A DNA stretch of 64,000 nt from Candidatus Curtissbacteria bacterium RIFOXYA1_FULL_41_14 (GCA_001775095.1 MFCA01000025.1:116075-180074), one strand, 5' to 3'. Shown: positions 16,422-26,955, counted from the first letter of the stretch. Notes: generated by a model not told the origin, from the letters alone. Numbers and translations are program-made.

Positions 16422-18152
16422 ATGTGGGTATTGCTCTCTCCTGCACTGGGACTTTTTGTTTTTACCCAATTGGCCCTGATTCTCGCCTTCATTTTTGGGG
16501 TCGGTTATACTTCAATCTCTCTTGCCTTGTTATTGACAGTAGTTTTATCCTTATTTTGCTTTCTCAAATTCAAACAAGAATTTTTACTCAAAAATATTTC
16601 AGTCCTGTTTCTTTCAACCATCTTTTTGGTAACGATTTTTTTTGCGTATATCTGGCTAACACAAACCCTGGCAGTTTCTCCTGAAGGATTCAAAACCGGC
16701 GGTGGAGGAATGTATGGGGATACCGCATTGCATGCTGCTTATACTTCTCGTCTAGAGACTGATAATTTTCCAATCCAAAATCCTCTTTTTGCTGGCCATG
16801 TTCTTGTTTATCCTTTTGCCAATGATTTGCTTTCGGCAACTCTCAAAATCATAGGCTTAAATTTTAACCTGGCTTTTTCTTTGCCGCAGATTTTGTTTTT
16901 AATTGGGTTTTTGGCGCTGTTTTATCAGATTACAAGAAAGTTTACTTCTGATTTTGGATTTTTGGCAGCCTTATTTATTCTATTCCTGGGCTGGGGTATC
17001 GGGGCGTTATTTTTCTCTAAAGAATGGATGGTATCCGGCTCATCTTTCTGGCAATTTTTGACCCATGATTATACAGATAATTCTCAATACAATTTATACT
17101 TTCATAATATTTTGACAGGGCTGGTATTCCCCGAGCGCAGTTTCCTACCGGGATTATTTTTGGGACTTTTTATGTTTTGGAATTTCTTGGAATATTTCAA
17201 AAGGCAAAATCGGATACTTCTTGTAATAAATGGGGTAGTTCTCGGGGCTTTACCGTTTTGGCATACTCATACTTTTATTTTCTTTCTGTTTGCCAGTGTG
17301 ATTTTTGCCCTGTGGTTAATGGGAAAAAATTTCAAAAAGGCTTTTATCGATTTTTTCTTAATGTCGATAGTGGCTTTGGTGATGACGATCCCTTTTCTAA
17401 TTTTGTTTTTCTCAAATCATGAGGTTGGTCAATTCTTGCATACAAATTTTGGGTGGCAAAACGGAAATGAGAATATTTTAGTCTTTTGGTTTAAGAATTC
17501 GTTCCTTACTATTCCATTGGCAATTCTAGGATTTATCCTGATTCCCAGAAATCAAAAAATATTTTTTATTCCTGCCTTCGTTGTCTTCGTAATTGCAAAC
17601 TTTGTTATCTTCCAACCTTGGGATTGGGATAACATAAAATTACTCTCATGGTCTTTTATCTTCTTTGCTATTCTAATGGGATTTTTACTCGCAAAATTCG
17701 CGCAAAAAGGAATAGTTGCAAAAATTATTGTTGGGTTTATCATTCTAACTTCTGTAGCTAGCGGATCTTTGTCTTTAGCATTGCAATTAAAAAATAAGTA
17801 CATGATTTATGATAAAGCGGATATCGATCTTGCCGACTGGGCAAGGAAAAACTCAGGCGTTGATGAGGTTTTTTTAATTGAACCCACCCCGAACCATCCA
17901 ATTCCGGGACTTGCCGGAAGGTTAGTTTATATGGGTTATCCTGGACATCTTTGGGTACATGGAATTAATTACCAAAAGAGAGAAACTGAAAATAGTCTAA
18001 TTTTGGCTGGTGATTTTACGCAAATTAATAATCTAGAGACACCAATTTCATACATCGTACTTTCAAGAAGCGATTTGACTTTTAAAATACCATCAGATAT
18101 TCAGGCAGCTTATCAAAATCAAAAATATAGGGTTGTAAGAATTAATCAATAA
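16422..18152 (+). CDS. large polytopic membrane protein, paralog of 14485..16383, divergently transcribed
   Basis: 'NFPIQNPLFAG..YPFANDLLSA' and 'GYPGHLWVHG' match the neighbouring paralog. Confidence 0.5.
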   Translation: MWVLLSPALGLFVFTQLALILAFIFGVGYTSISLALLLTVVLSLFCFLKFKQEFLLKNISVLFLSTIFLVTIFFAYIWLTQTLAVSPEGFKTGGGGMYGDTALHAAYTSRLETDNFPIQNPLFAGHVLVYPFANDLLSATLKIIGLNFNLAFSLPQILFLIGFLALFYQITRKFTSDFGFLAALFILFLGWGIGALFFSKEWMVSGSSFWQFLTHDYTDNSQYNLYFHNILTGLVFPERSFLPGLFLGLFMFWNFLEYFKRQNRILLVINGVVLGALPFWHTHTFIFFLFASVIFALWLMGKNFKKAFIDFFLMSIVALVMTIPFLILFFSNHEVGQFLHTNFGWQNGNENILVFWFKNSFLTIPLAILGFILIPRNQKIFFIPAFVVFVIANFVIFQPWDWDNIKLLSWSFIFFAILMGFLLAKFAQKGIVAKIIVGFIILTSVASGSLSLALQLKNKYMIYDKADIDLADWARKNSGVDEVFLIEPTPNHPIPGLAGRLVYMGYPGHLWVHGINYQKRETENSLILAGDFTQINNLETPISYIVLSRSDLTFKIPSDIQAAYQNQKYRVVRINQ

Positions 18153-18158
18153 TTGAGA

Positions 18159-19544
18159 TTAGTCGAATGGCTGGGGAGAACTTGGGTAAATTTGGTCAAG
18201 ATTTAAGATAATAATTATGTTAACGGCTAAAAAGATAATAAAAATCGTCATAAGAATTATCTTCTGATAGGCTGGTTTTAGAAAAAAGCTGCCAGTTAAA
18301 ATTAATAAAGGTACTGCTAAAATCCACTGCCATGTTTTTGCAAGCTGCGGAGTAAGCAGTAGAAAAAATCTGATCGTTGAAGATCCAATAATTAAATAGA
18401 AAAATAAAGATTTTAGTAAGTCTGGGTTTTGCCAAAGATCATGGAGGAGTTTTGCAAGAACAATTACGAGGAATGGAAAGAAGGGGAAGTAGTGCCATCC
18501 ATAAAAAGTTACATCTCCACCTTCTAGAATAGCTGAAACAGAAAGCAGGGAGAATGGGATTGCTAAGAACAGTTTAAAATTGTCATCATTCTTCGTATTT
18601 TTTAATAGCCAAAACGGGGAAGTAAAAAGTAATAGGTAACCAGCCAGGATTGATCCATCGAGAAAAATCTTCTCTTTATGGCCGATTACTGGGTATTGAA
18701 TAATTGAATATATAATTTGAGGAAGCCCAAGCGAATGAGCCTTTCGATAATCCTCAAGAACAGCCAAAAATAAATCCCAATCGTAATAAAGACCAATTAG
18801 CGGGTGTATGAGACCAGAGACTAAGGAAATAATGCTTATAATCACTACGTATCTCCATTTTTTTTTCAAAAGTAAGATTCCTATTAAGGCGATTGGCAGA
18901 AAGACACCAATGTCTTTAGTCAAAAGTGCCAGACCAGAACAGAGCCCTAACAGGTATGGTTTGGCAGTCTGCCATTTTCCTTTAGTTCTCAGAGAAAAAA
19001 TTAATAGAGCCAATAAAGTTATCGGGGTGAGTAAGTTTTCAGTTATCGATAGCCGATTGGCCATGACAATGGTTGGAATTGTTGCATAAAGGCTAGCGGC
19101 GATTAGGGCGGCTATGCTGTTAAAGAGTCTTTGAGTAACTAGCCCGATTAAAATTATGGTGATAACGCTTAAAGTTATCGGCACCAATCTGATTGTTGAA
19201 AGCCGTACTTCTTGGAGATTATCTTGGCCAAACATTAAGGCAACTATACCGGTTATTAGTGGATAAAGAGGTGGCTTTTCCATCCACGGAGAAACGATAT
19301 AATACCCTATTCCCCACGAGCTGAATAGTCCAACTGTATGCTCTTCTCCATATGAAGGGAACATCGACCAAGAAGATGGCGTACCTTTTGTCAGGAAAGT
19401 AATTCCTGCCCACGGATACATGAACTCATCCATTGTTTCTTTAAAAGGAGGTAATCTATCATAATTAATTAATCGAAGCGTTAAGCTGAGAAAGGCAATA
19501 AGGGCAAGCAAGAGATAGAACCCTGATTTGGACATTAAAAACAT
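18159..19544 (-). CDS. GT-C-fold membrane glycosyltransferase, ArnT/PMT-like
   Basis: Multi-TM protein with an N-terminal loop 'DEFMYPWAG' (DE motif). Confidence 0.5.
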   Translation of the reverse strand: MFLMSKSGFYLLLALIAFLSLTLRLINYDRLPPFKETMDEFMYPWAGITFLTKGTPSSWSMFPSYGEEHTVGLFSSWGIGYYIVSPWMEKPPLYPLITGIVALMFGQDNLQEVRLSTIRLVPITLSVITIILIGLVTQRLFNSIAALIAASLYATIPTIVMANRLSITENLLTPITLLALLIFSLRTKGKWQTAKPYLLGLCSGLALLTKDIGVFLPIALIGILLLKKKWRYVVIISIISLVSGLIHPLIGLYYDWDLFLAVLEDYRKAHSLGLPQIIYSIIQYPVIGHKEKIFLDGSILAGYLLLFTSPFWLLKNTKNDDNFKLFLAIPFSLLSVSAILEGGDVTFYGWHYFPFFPFLVIVLAKLLHDLWQNPDLLKSLFFYLIIGSSTIRFFLLLTPQLAKTWQWILAVPLLILTGSFFLKPAYQKIILMTIFIIFLAVNIIIILNLDQIYPSSPQPFD

Positions 19545-19571
19545 TATAGAGATTTAAGGTAAAATAAAAAA

Positions 19572-21080
19572 GTGAATCTGTGTAAAGCTTCAATAGTATT
19601 TTTGTTTGGAATAACCTTTTTAGGTTTTATATTGCGAATTTCTAACCTGGCCTCCAGTCCTGCCGGCCTATATATTGATGAAACATCTATTGGTTATAAT
19701 GCTTACTCTTTAATTACTACAGGTGGTGACGAACACGGCAAATTTTTGCCGCTTTTTTTTGAGGCATTTGGAGAATATAAGCTCCCTATTTATATTTACT
19801 CTGTGGCATTTGTTCAATTATTTCTTGGACCAACTGATCTTTCTGTTCGCCTACCCGCTGTCATCTTTGGGACACTTACGATACTACTTATTTTTTTTCT
19901 TTCAAAGGAGCTACTAAGGAATAACTCTAATCAGACTCTAAAAGTGTATGTGCCCCATCTGGCAGCATTTCTTCTAGCTATTTCTTCATGGCATCTACAA
20001 TTTTCAAGACCTGGGTTTGAAGCAAGTGTAGGTCTCTTTTTCCTGACACTTGCTTTATACACTTTTTTCAGGGCAGTTAGAGAAAACTCTACTTTTGTTT
20101 TGAGTATCTCGACCTTGAGTTTCGTCCTGACTCTCTATTCCTATAATAGCGCGAGGATTGTAACACCGATAGTTCTTGCGACATTACTAATTCTTTATTT
20201 TAAGAAGTTCCCTTTATTTACCTGGGTGAAGGTTCTTTTGATCGGCACAGTTATTGCTTTACCTTTTATTATTTTCTCGGTAAGCCTCGAAGGTTTACTA
20301 AGGGCAAGGCAGGTTTCTATTTTTTTTCAATCTACCAATAACTCAATTTTAAAACAGTTTCTCATAAACTACTGGGCAAATATTTCGCCCTTTTATCTTT
20401 TCATGAAAGGTGACCCAACGATAGCCCATTTGACTTCCCATCGGATGAGTCTTCTATATTTGGTCGAATCTCCATTTTTCTTTTTCGGTTTTGCAATGTT
20501 ATTTATTAAAAGATCGAGAGAATATTTTTTTGTCTTGATACTCCTTTTAACAGCGTTTATTCCACCTGCAATTTCTACTCTAAACCCTCATGCTCTTCGC
20601 TCTGTCTTGGTTTTGCCTGCAACAGTTTTTATCTCTGCTTTGGGATTTGGATATTTTTTGGCAATATTTAAAAGTAAAGATTTTCAAAAAATTGCTGCGG
20701 GAGTATTCGTTGCCATACTATCAATATCAACATTGCGATTTTTGAATGTTTATCATAATAAGTATGTAATCGATGCGGGCTGGGATTGGCAGGTAGGGAT
20801 CAGAAGGGCGAGTCAACGGGTTTTGGAAGTCGAGAATAAATATAATGATATATATTTTGATTTGGATCCTCGACGAATTCCTTTAGTTTGGTACTTGAAA
20901 ATCAATCCTAAACTTTATCAAACCAATCCAAACAAAAATCATCTAGGAAAGTACCATATAAACGAGAATATTTCCTCTGTACATGGTTTATATATCGGTC
21001 TTCAGCAACCTGAAGGGAAATTATTAGAATACGTATATTATCCTAATAATACAGTTGCATATGGAATTTGGGAATTCTAA
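19572..21080 (+). CDS. glycosyltransferase family 39-like (PMT_2 / ArnT-like) membrane protein
   Basis: GTG start. First-loop motif 'YIDETSIGYNAYSL', ~11 TM. Confidence 0.55.
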   Translation: MNLCKASIVFLFGITFLGFILRISNLASSPAGLYIDETSIGYNAYSLITTGGDEHGKFLPLFFEAFGEYKLPIYIYSVAFVQLFLGPTDLSVRLPAVIFGTLTILLIFFLSKELLRNNSNQTLKVYVPHLAAFLLAISSWHLQFSRPGFEASVGLFFLTLALYTFFRAVRENSTFVLSISTLSFVLTLYSYNSARIVTPIVLATLLILYFKKFPLFTWVKVLLIGTVIALPFIIFSVSLEGLLRARQVSIFFQSTNNSILKQFLINYWANISPFYLFMKGDPTIAHLTSHRMSLLYLVESPFFFFGFAMLFIKRSREYFFVLILLLTAFIPPAISTLNPHALRSVLVLPATVFISALGFGYFLAIFKSKDFQKIAAGVFVAILSISTLRFLNVYHNKYVIDAGWDWQVGIRRASQRVLEVENKYNDIYFDLDPRRIPLVWYLKINPKLYQTNPNKNHLGKYHINENISSVHGLYIGLQQPEGKLLEYVYYPNNTVAYGIWEF

Positions 21081-21098
21081 AAAGATAAAATAGAAAAA

Positions 21099-22403
21099 GT
21101 GATAAACATTGACAGATTTTCCATTGCTTTTATCATTTTTCTGACATTTTTTTCGCTTATTCTTCGCACCTACCGGCTGACTGAGCCGAATCATTATTAC
21201 TTTGATGAGGTTTATCATGCGGTTACTGCCAAGGCTTATGCAGATAATAATCCGGCAGCATATAATCCTTTTTCACCGCCGCCTAAAGAAGGGACAGCTT
21301 ATGACTGGCTTCACCCGCCTCTTGCGAAATTAATCCAGGCAGGATCAATAAAAATCTACGGGGATGTGTCTTTCGGGTGGCGTTTGCCAAGTTTGGTCTT
21401 TGGAACTGCAATTATTCCTGCTACTTTTATTCTTGCCTATATCCTTTTTGGTCCACTGGCAGCCATTTTTGCATCGACTGTTATTGCCTTTGAAAATCTG
21501 ACGTTTGTGATGAGCCGTATTACGATGAACGATGTATTTGTGACCTTTTTTGTGATTGTGTCGTTCATTTTTGCTGCTTTGTATGTTAAATCCACCTCCC
21601 AAGAGTCAAAGTCCACCTCGAAGGTTACTCTCTATTTATTATTGACAAGTATTTTCTTAGGACTTGCCTTGGCATCGAAGTGGACCGGACTTTACGCCAT
21701 AGTTGTTATTTTCGGGTATATTGTCTGGCCAAGTATCAAGAAGAATGAATTCTATTTTAAATTTTTACTGCTTTTAATAGTTCCAATTCTGATTTATCTT
21801 GGCAGTTACGGACAGTTTTGGATTCAAGGCCATAGCATCCGACAGTTTATTGATCTTCACAAACAAATTTGGTGGTATCAAAATACACGAAATCTTAAGC
21901 ATTCCTATTCAACAACACCGCTTTACTGTGTTCCAGAAGGTTTGGACGGACCTAAAACTTGGTGCCCGTGGGCCTTGGATACTCGGGGCGTCTATTTTTC
22001 ATATGAACAGTACGGCACTAAGGCCGGCTACATTTATGCGCTGGGGAATCCGTTGATTCTATGGGCAGGAATTGTGGCTGTTTCTTATCTTATTGGAAAA
22101 TTTATTGAGGAAAAATCAAAAACATATCTTTTGGTGCTTGCGGGTTATTTTATCTTTTGGCTGCCCTGGATTTTTACTCCGCGGGTTTTATTTTTTTACC
22201 ATTATCTTTCCTCAATACCGTTTCTGTCGATTGCGCTTGGATTAACCCTCGCTAAATTATTTGGAACAAAACTTGTGTTTATTTCGATTTTAATCCTGGG
22301 AATTTTTATAGCGGTCTTTTTCTATTTTTACCCGATATCATCCGGTTGGCCAATTGAGGTTGCGGCTATTGAAAAATACATGTGGCTTAAGACCTGGCGT
22401 TAG
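21099..22403 (+). CDS. glycosyltransferase family 39 (polyprenyl-phosphate-mannose protein mannosyltransferase-like)
   Basis: Canonical PMT first-loop motif 'YFDEVYHAVTA', polytopic. Confidence 0.7.
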   Translation: MINIDRFSIAFIIFLTFFSLILRTYRLTEPNHYYFDEVYHAVTAKAYADNNPAAYNPFSPPPKEGTAYDWLHPPLAKLIQAGSIKIYGDVSFGWRLPSLVFGTAIIPATFILAYILFGPLAAIFASTVIAFENLTFVMSRITMNDVFVTFFVIVSFIFAALYVKSTSQESKSTSKVTLYLLLTSIFLGLALASKWTGLYAIVVIFGYIVWPSIKKNEFYFKFLLLLIVPILIYLGSYGQFWIQGHSIRQFIDLHKQIWWYQNTRNLKHSYSTTPLYCVPEGLDGPKTWCPWALDTRGVYFSYEQYGTKAGYIYALGNPLILWAGIVAVSYLIGKFIEEKSKTYLLVLAGYFIFWLPWIFTPRVLFFYHYLSSIPFLSIALGLTLAKLFGTKLVFISILILGIFIAVFFYFYPISSGWPIEVAAIEKYMWLKTWR

Positions 22404-22472
22404 CTAAACTTCGCGAATTGGATGCGAATTTGATTAATGCGAATAGATGCGAATGAGCGTATGGGTACTGAC

Positions 22473-23747
22473 TTAGTGAACGGCACTTCGAGGATTACCT
22501 TTGTGATTAATTAGCTTATCAAGGATCTGGAAGCGGCGCTGTTTTTCTTTGTAGGAAACATCATCGTCAAACGCTTTCGCAGCGGCAGTATTTGGTCGAG
22601 GGGAGTATTTGGCAATATAAGCATAGGCAAAATTAACTGTTTGAGCTAACTTAACTGTGTTTTGAAAATTTCTTTCGCTTTCTTGGCAAAAGCCGACAAT
22701 AATATCTGTCGAAATCTGAGTGTCGGGAATCTCCTTTCTGATTTTTTTGACCAAATTGATATACTGGCTCGCTGTATACCATCTATTCATTTTTTTAAGC
22801 ATTTGGTCATCTCCGGACTGAACAGGCAGATGAATGTTTCTGTCAATTTTGGGATTTTTGGAGATTGTCTCGATGAGCTCATCGGAAAAATCCCAGGGAT
22901 TTGAAGAAATGAATTTAACCGTTTCAACTCCCCCACTTCGTCCGGCTTTGCCGGACTTCGAGGGGCAAGCTTCTATTTTGCAAACTTCTTCAAGAAGATA
23001 AGGAAACAATGTTGGAATTCGCAATTTTCCCAAATGCTTTACCATCACCGGTTTAACTACTCGACCATTAGGAAGCTTATAACCGGCTTTTGTATTTTTG
23101 ACTCGATCAGATCCATATGAATTAACATTTTGGCCAAGGAGGGTAATTTCTCGGCATCCTCTTTCCGCCAGTTCTTTGACTTCATCGATAACATCTTCAA
23201 ATGGCCTTGATACTTCTTGCCCTCTGGTAAAAGGTACGACGCAATAAGTACAAAAATTATTGCAGCCGTTGGAAATTGGTATCCAAGCATGAGTTGCGTC
23301 ACTTCGAAGTGCCGGATAATTAAAACCAACCTCTTCCAGAGGTAAAAATTCATCAACTTGGGGTATTCTCTTGTGAAGAGTATTAAGATACTTACCACTC
23401 GTGTCCCTGGCGACCATTCCAGTCATGCAGCCGGTAAGAACAATTTTAGGCCTCCGGCCCGGTCTCCGACGTAGAGACGTCTCTGACTCGGAACGAGGGC
23501 CTCCGGCCCGGTGGGCCTCTTTGATAATATTTCTGATAAATCCGGTCACTTTATCTTCTGCAGATTGACGGACCATGCAGGTGTTGATGATTATTTCAGA
23601 AGCTGATTTGAGATCCTTTGCCCTTTTAAAACCCCTTGCCAAATAGTAACTGGCAATTCTTTGGCTATCTGCCCAGTTTTGCTGGCAACCGAAAGTTTTG
23701 ATGTAAAATGTAGGAGATTTCATTGTTAAATTGTTAAATACGCACAA
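22473..23747 (-). CDS. radical-SAM methylthiotransferase (MiaB/RimO family), with two in-frame GC-rich repeat insertions
   Basis: N-terminal MTTase 'KTFGCQQNWADSQ', radical SAM core and TRAM-like C-terminus. Insertion peptides are 'RAGGPRSESETSLRRRPGRRP' and 'CPSKSGKAGRSGG'. Confidence 0.7.
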   Translation of the reverse strand: MCVFNNLTMKSPTFYIKTFGCQQNWADSQRIASYYLARGFKRAKDLKSASEIIINTCMVRQSAEDKVTGFIRNIIKEAHRAGGPRSESETSLRRRPGRRPKIVLTGCMTGMVARDTSGKYLNTLHKRIPQVDEFLPLEEVGFNYPALRSDATHAWIPISNGCNNFCTYCVVPFTRGQEVSRPFEDVIDEVKELAERGCREITLLGQNVNSYGSDRVKNTKAGYKLPNGRVVKPVMVKHLGKLRIPTLFPYLLEEVCKIEACPSKSGKAGRSGGVETVKFISSNPWDFSDELIETISKNPKIDRNIHLPVQSGDDQMLKKMNRWYTASQYINLVKKIRKEIPDTQISTDIIVGFCQESERNFQNTVKLAQTVNFAYAYIAKYSPRPNTAAAKAFDDDVSYKEKQRRFQILDKLINHKGNPRSAVH

Positions 23748-23796
23748 TATATCGATTTAACGATTTATGTCAGAGAAATTCTATCACAAGCAAAAC

Positions 23797-24204
23797 TCAG
23801 CCGAAAATCTTGGGGATAAAGATCAGTAATCCAATAATAACCGCTGCAATCGACAAAATTAAAACACCGCCGGCAGCACAGTGTTTGGCAAGTTTGGCTT
23901 TCGGATGTAAATCTGGATGCAGAAGGTTACAGGTTTCCTCGATAGCGGTATTTAGAGCCTCGGCTGCGATAACTGCTGATGAGATTAAGATTACTGCTAG
24001 CCATTCCAGAAGACTAATCGAGAAAATAAATCCCAAAACAGACACCAGAGCAAAGGCTAAAATATGGATCCTAAAATGTAACCCTTTTTGAAAACTGTAA
24101 ACCAGGCCCTCAATGGCATAGCCAAAACTATTAATTTGATGCTTAACAAAGCCATCCCGATGTTCCATGTAAATAATCTTATCACTTATTCGACTACACA
24201 GCAT
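23797..24204 (-). CDS. dgkA: diacylglycerol/undecaprenol kinase (DgkA family)
   Basis: 3-TM protein with the DgkA signature 'EALNTAIE'. Confidence 0.75.
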   Translation of the reverse strand: MLCSRISDKIIYMEHRDGFVKHQINSFGYAIEGLVYSFQKGLHFRIHILAFALVSVLGFIFSISLLEWLAVILISSAVIAAEALNTAIEETCNLLHPDLHPKAKLAKHCAAGGVLILSIAAVIIGLLIFIPKIFG

Positions 24205-24245
24205 CCGTCATCCTGAGTCCGGCTTTGCCGGACGAAGGATCTAGA

Positions 24246-25031
24246 CTATGTGGAAATAGACGAATATCTTCTAAGAGCAAAATGCCAAAATTTGATGCCT
24301 ATTCCAAAAAAAGTTAGACCGATAGCAAAAGAAATCAATATCCACTGCCAGGATAAAATTCCGAGAAGCACTTTGGCAGGAATCGAAACCATTACCGCAA
24401 TTGGGATAATAAAGGTTAAAACAAATTGGACTAGTGATGAATAAATATCAACAGGGAACCGCCCCATTGTCATTAAATCCCGATAAACCCAAATTTCGGA
24501 AGAGATTTCTTGAGTCAGAATAGAAAGGGCGATAATAACAACATGGATGGAGAAAGCGATTAGAAGTGCATTGAAGCAGAGAAGCAAATAGAAAATAAAG
24601 TTATAAAAAGTGATGGATGTTTCCAGTCTCGCAACGATTATTCCTAAAACTATTACCACTGGTACTAAAGTGGCTAAATCCAGAAGGTCAATAATATCTG
24701 AAACAATTCTAAATAATGTGTTTACCGGCTGAGTAAGAATATAATCTATTTCTCCTTTATTAATCATCCAGCCAATCGCATATGCACTCCTTAGGAAAAA
24801 CTGACTTACGATATCAATTAAATTGAATGTCATAAAAAAAAGTAAGGTTTGATAGAGGCTAAACCCGGCCAAGGTTTGGGTTTTGGTTAAAAGGGCAATA
24901 ATAAAAATAAAAAAGAAAGAGAAACGAATTAACTTTCCTGAAATCAAAAATATTGAATGGAGACGCGATTCAATGTAATATTCACGAAATCTCATCTTGG
25001 CTAATCTCGTCCATACTCGTAGGTATTTCAT
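24246..25031 (-). CDS. ABC-2 type transporter permease
   Basis: 6-TM ABC-2 topology. Start trimmed to 'MKYLRV' because the upstream codons are two palindromic repeats. Confidence 0.55.
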   Translation of the reverse strand: MKYLRVWTRLAKMRFREYYIESRLHSIFLISGKLIRFSFFFIFIIALLTKTQTLAGFSLYQTLLFFMTFNLIDIVSQFFLRSAYAIGWMINKGEIDYILTQPVNTLFRIVSDIIDLLDLATLVPVVIVLGIIVARLETSITFYNFIFYLLLCFNALLIAFSIHVVIIALSILTQEISSEIWVYRDLMTMGRFPVDIYSSLVQFVLTFIIPIAVMVSIPAKVLLGILSWQWILISFAIGLTFFGIGIKFWHFALRRYSSIST

Positions 25032-25134
25032 AATTTGAAATTCCTGCCTGCCGGCAGGCAGGTGCAATTTGACATTTGAAATTCCCGGCCTTGTCTCGAC
25101 TTTGTCGAGGACGGGTTGAAATTTGAAATTGATA

Positions 25135-25932
25135 TTAGCCTCCCCAGGCTTCATAAGCTTTTAAGCCTTTGTTCCAAACAAATTTTGTAACTGAAAAAAC
25201 CGCAAAAAGCCAAAGTGTTGAGATCAAGATTACCCGAATCGACTCAATATATGATAATTTACCAAGAAAAATACTGATCGGATAATATAAAAGATAAGGA
25301 AATGGGGTTAGTTTGATAACAGATTGAATGGTAGCTGGCAATACATCCAACGGAAAATAAGCGCCTGCTGAAAATTCCAGTATCAAGAGCATCATAAATT
25401 GTAAGCCCCAGACTTGAGGGGTCCAAAATCCCGTCGTTGACACTAAGATACCCATGTAAAAATAAATTAAAATTGCAATAAAGGTTGCTAGCAAAAATAA
25501 CAAAAAAGTTAATATTCCTGCCGGTTGAACAAAAGGAATTTGGAAAAAAATAGTTGGAATAATAATTATTAGAATAATTGAAACCAGGCTAGTTAATTTA
25601 TAGACTAAATCAACGGTAAACCAATAGGAAAAATAACCAATCGGTTTTAATAAGTAAGAGAAAAATTTTCCCCATGATTGTAGTTCCTGAGCAATCTGAT
25701 CAGTCGCGCTGATAATTACAAATTGGCGAAGAATAGTCGCTAAGAATACATAAGTAATAATCTGTTCCCTGTCAAAATTAAAAAGAATTATTCTTGTCTT
25801 AAAAACTTGTGTCCAAAGAAAATATAAAGTGATCAAAAGTAAAATAGCCCGAAATTGACTAATTAAATATTCCCAGCGGTAAACAAGAACATTAGCAAAT
25901 GTGATTCGCGCGACTGCGAGATATTTCCTCAT
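25135..25932 (-). CDS. ABC-2 type transporter permease
   Basis: 6-TM permease overlapping the ATPase gene. Confidence 0.6.
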   Translation of the reverse strand: MRKYLAVARITFANVLVYRWEYLISQFRAILLLITLYFLWTQVFKTRIILFNFDREQIITYVFLATILRQFVIISATDQIAQELQSWGKFFSYLLKPIGYFSYWFTVDLVYKLTSLVSIILIIIIPTIFFQIPFVQPAGILTFLLFLLATFIAILIYFYMGILVSTTGFWTPQVWGLQFMMLLILEFSAGAYFPLDVLPATIQSVIKLTPFPYLLYYPISIFLGKLSYIESIRVILISTLWLFAVFSVTKFVWNKGLKAYEAWGG

Positions 25933-26906
25933 TTATTTTTTGCAAAAATTAATCTGATTATTTCTTCGATCGGCGGTTCCTCTATCGAAAGATCGTTAAT
26001 CGGCAACCGCTTGAGAAGTTGGCCGGTGACATCAGCCACCCTGTTTCTTTCAACCTCAATTTTGGCATTTGAAAGATCAAAATTAATAATCGTTCCATAT
26101 TCCTTAAGATTTTCTTTATCGATTTCTTTTGTAAAATCAAGACTAATGATTTTATTCTTGGCAAACTTTGTTACTATTTTTGAAAGTTTACCGTCGTAGA
26201 TAATTTTCCCACTGTTAATAATAATTACACGCTCGCAAAGCTTTTCGACATCATCCATATAGTGAGATGTCAGAATTATTGTGGCATTAAATTTCTGGTT
26301 GTAGTCTTTAATAAAATCATGCATGTTTTTCTGGGCAATAATATCAAGACCGATTGTCGGCTCATCCAGGAAGAGAACTTTGGGTTGGTGAATCAGCGCC
26401 GCGACAAGTTCAGCCTTCATCCGTTGCCCAAGCGATAATTTTTTTACTTGGGTTTTCAAAAGGTCACCAATATCTAATATTTGTGAAAGATAGTCTATCC
26501 GCTGTCTGAAATCCTTATCGGAAACTTCATAGATTTCTTTATTGAGAAGAAATGTTTCATAAGCAGGTAGATCCCACCAGAGTTGATTTTTTTGACCAGC
26601 CACAAAGACAATTTGTTTTTGAAAATTGCTTTTTCTTTGCCAGGGGATAAATCCTAAAACTGAGATTTCGCCGGATGTTGGATAAAGAAGACCGGACAAA
26701 ACTTTGAGGGTTGTTGTTTTACCGGCCCCATTTGGCCCAATAAAACCTACTAATTCTCCCTCTTCAATTTTAAAAGATATGTTATCCACTGCTTTGGTTT
26801 CTTTGTATTTTCGATGAAAAAATGATTTTAGAGTTTGACCTATTCCGGGATTTTTTTGCGGAACTTTATATATTTTTGTCAGATTTTGAACCTTGATCAC
26901 AGTCAT
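25929..26906 (-). CDS. ABC transporter ATP-binding protein
   Basis: Walker A 'GPNGAGKTT', ABC signature 'LSLGQRMK', Walker B 'LFLDEPT'. Confidence 0.85.
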   Translation of the reverse strand: MTVIKVQNLTKIYKVPQKNPGIGQTLKSFFHRKYKETKAVDNISFKIEEGELVGFIGPNGAGKTTTLKVLSGLLYPTSGEISVLGFIPWQRKSNFQKQIVFVAGQKNQLWWDLPAYETFLLNKEIYEVSDKDFRQRIDYLSQILDIGDLLKTQVKKLSLGQRMKAELVAALIHQPKVLFLDEPTIGLDIIAQKNMHDFIKDYNQKFNATIILTSHYMDDVEKLCERVIIINSGKIIYDGKLSKIVTKFAKNKIISLDFTKEIDKENLKEYGTIINFDLSNAKIEVERNRVADVTGQLLKRLPINDLSIEEPPIEEIIRLIFAKNK

Positions 26907-26955
26907 GTCTGAATTCTAGCATAGACTTACGATATTAATTCTGTCCAGAAGTTAT

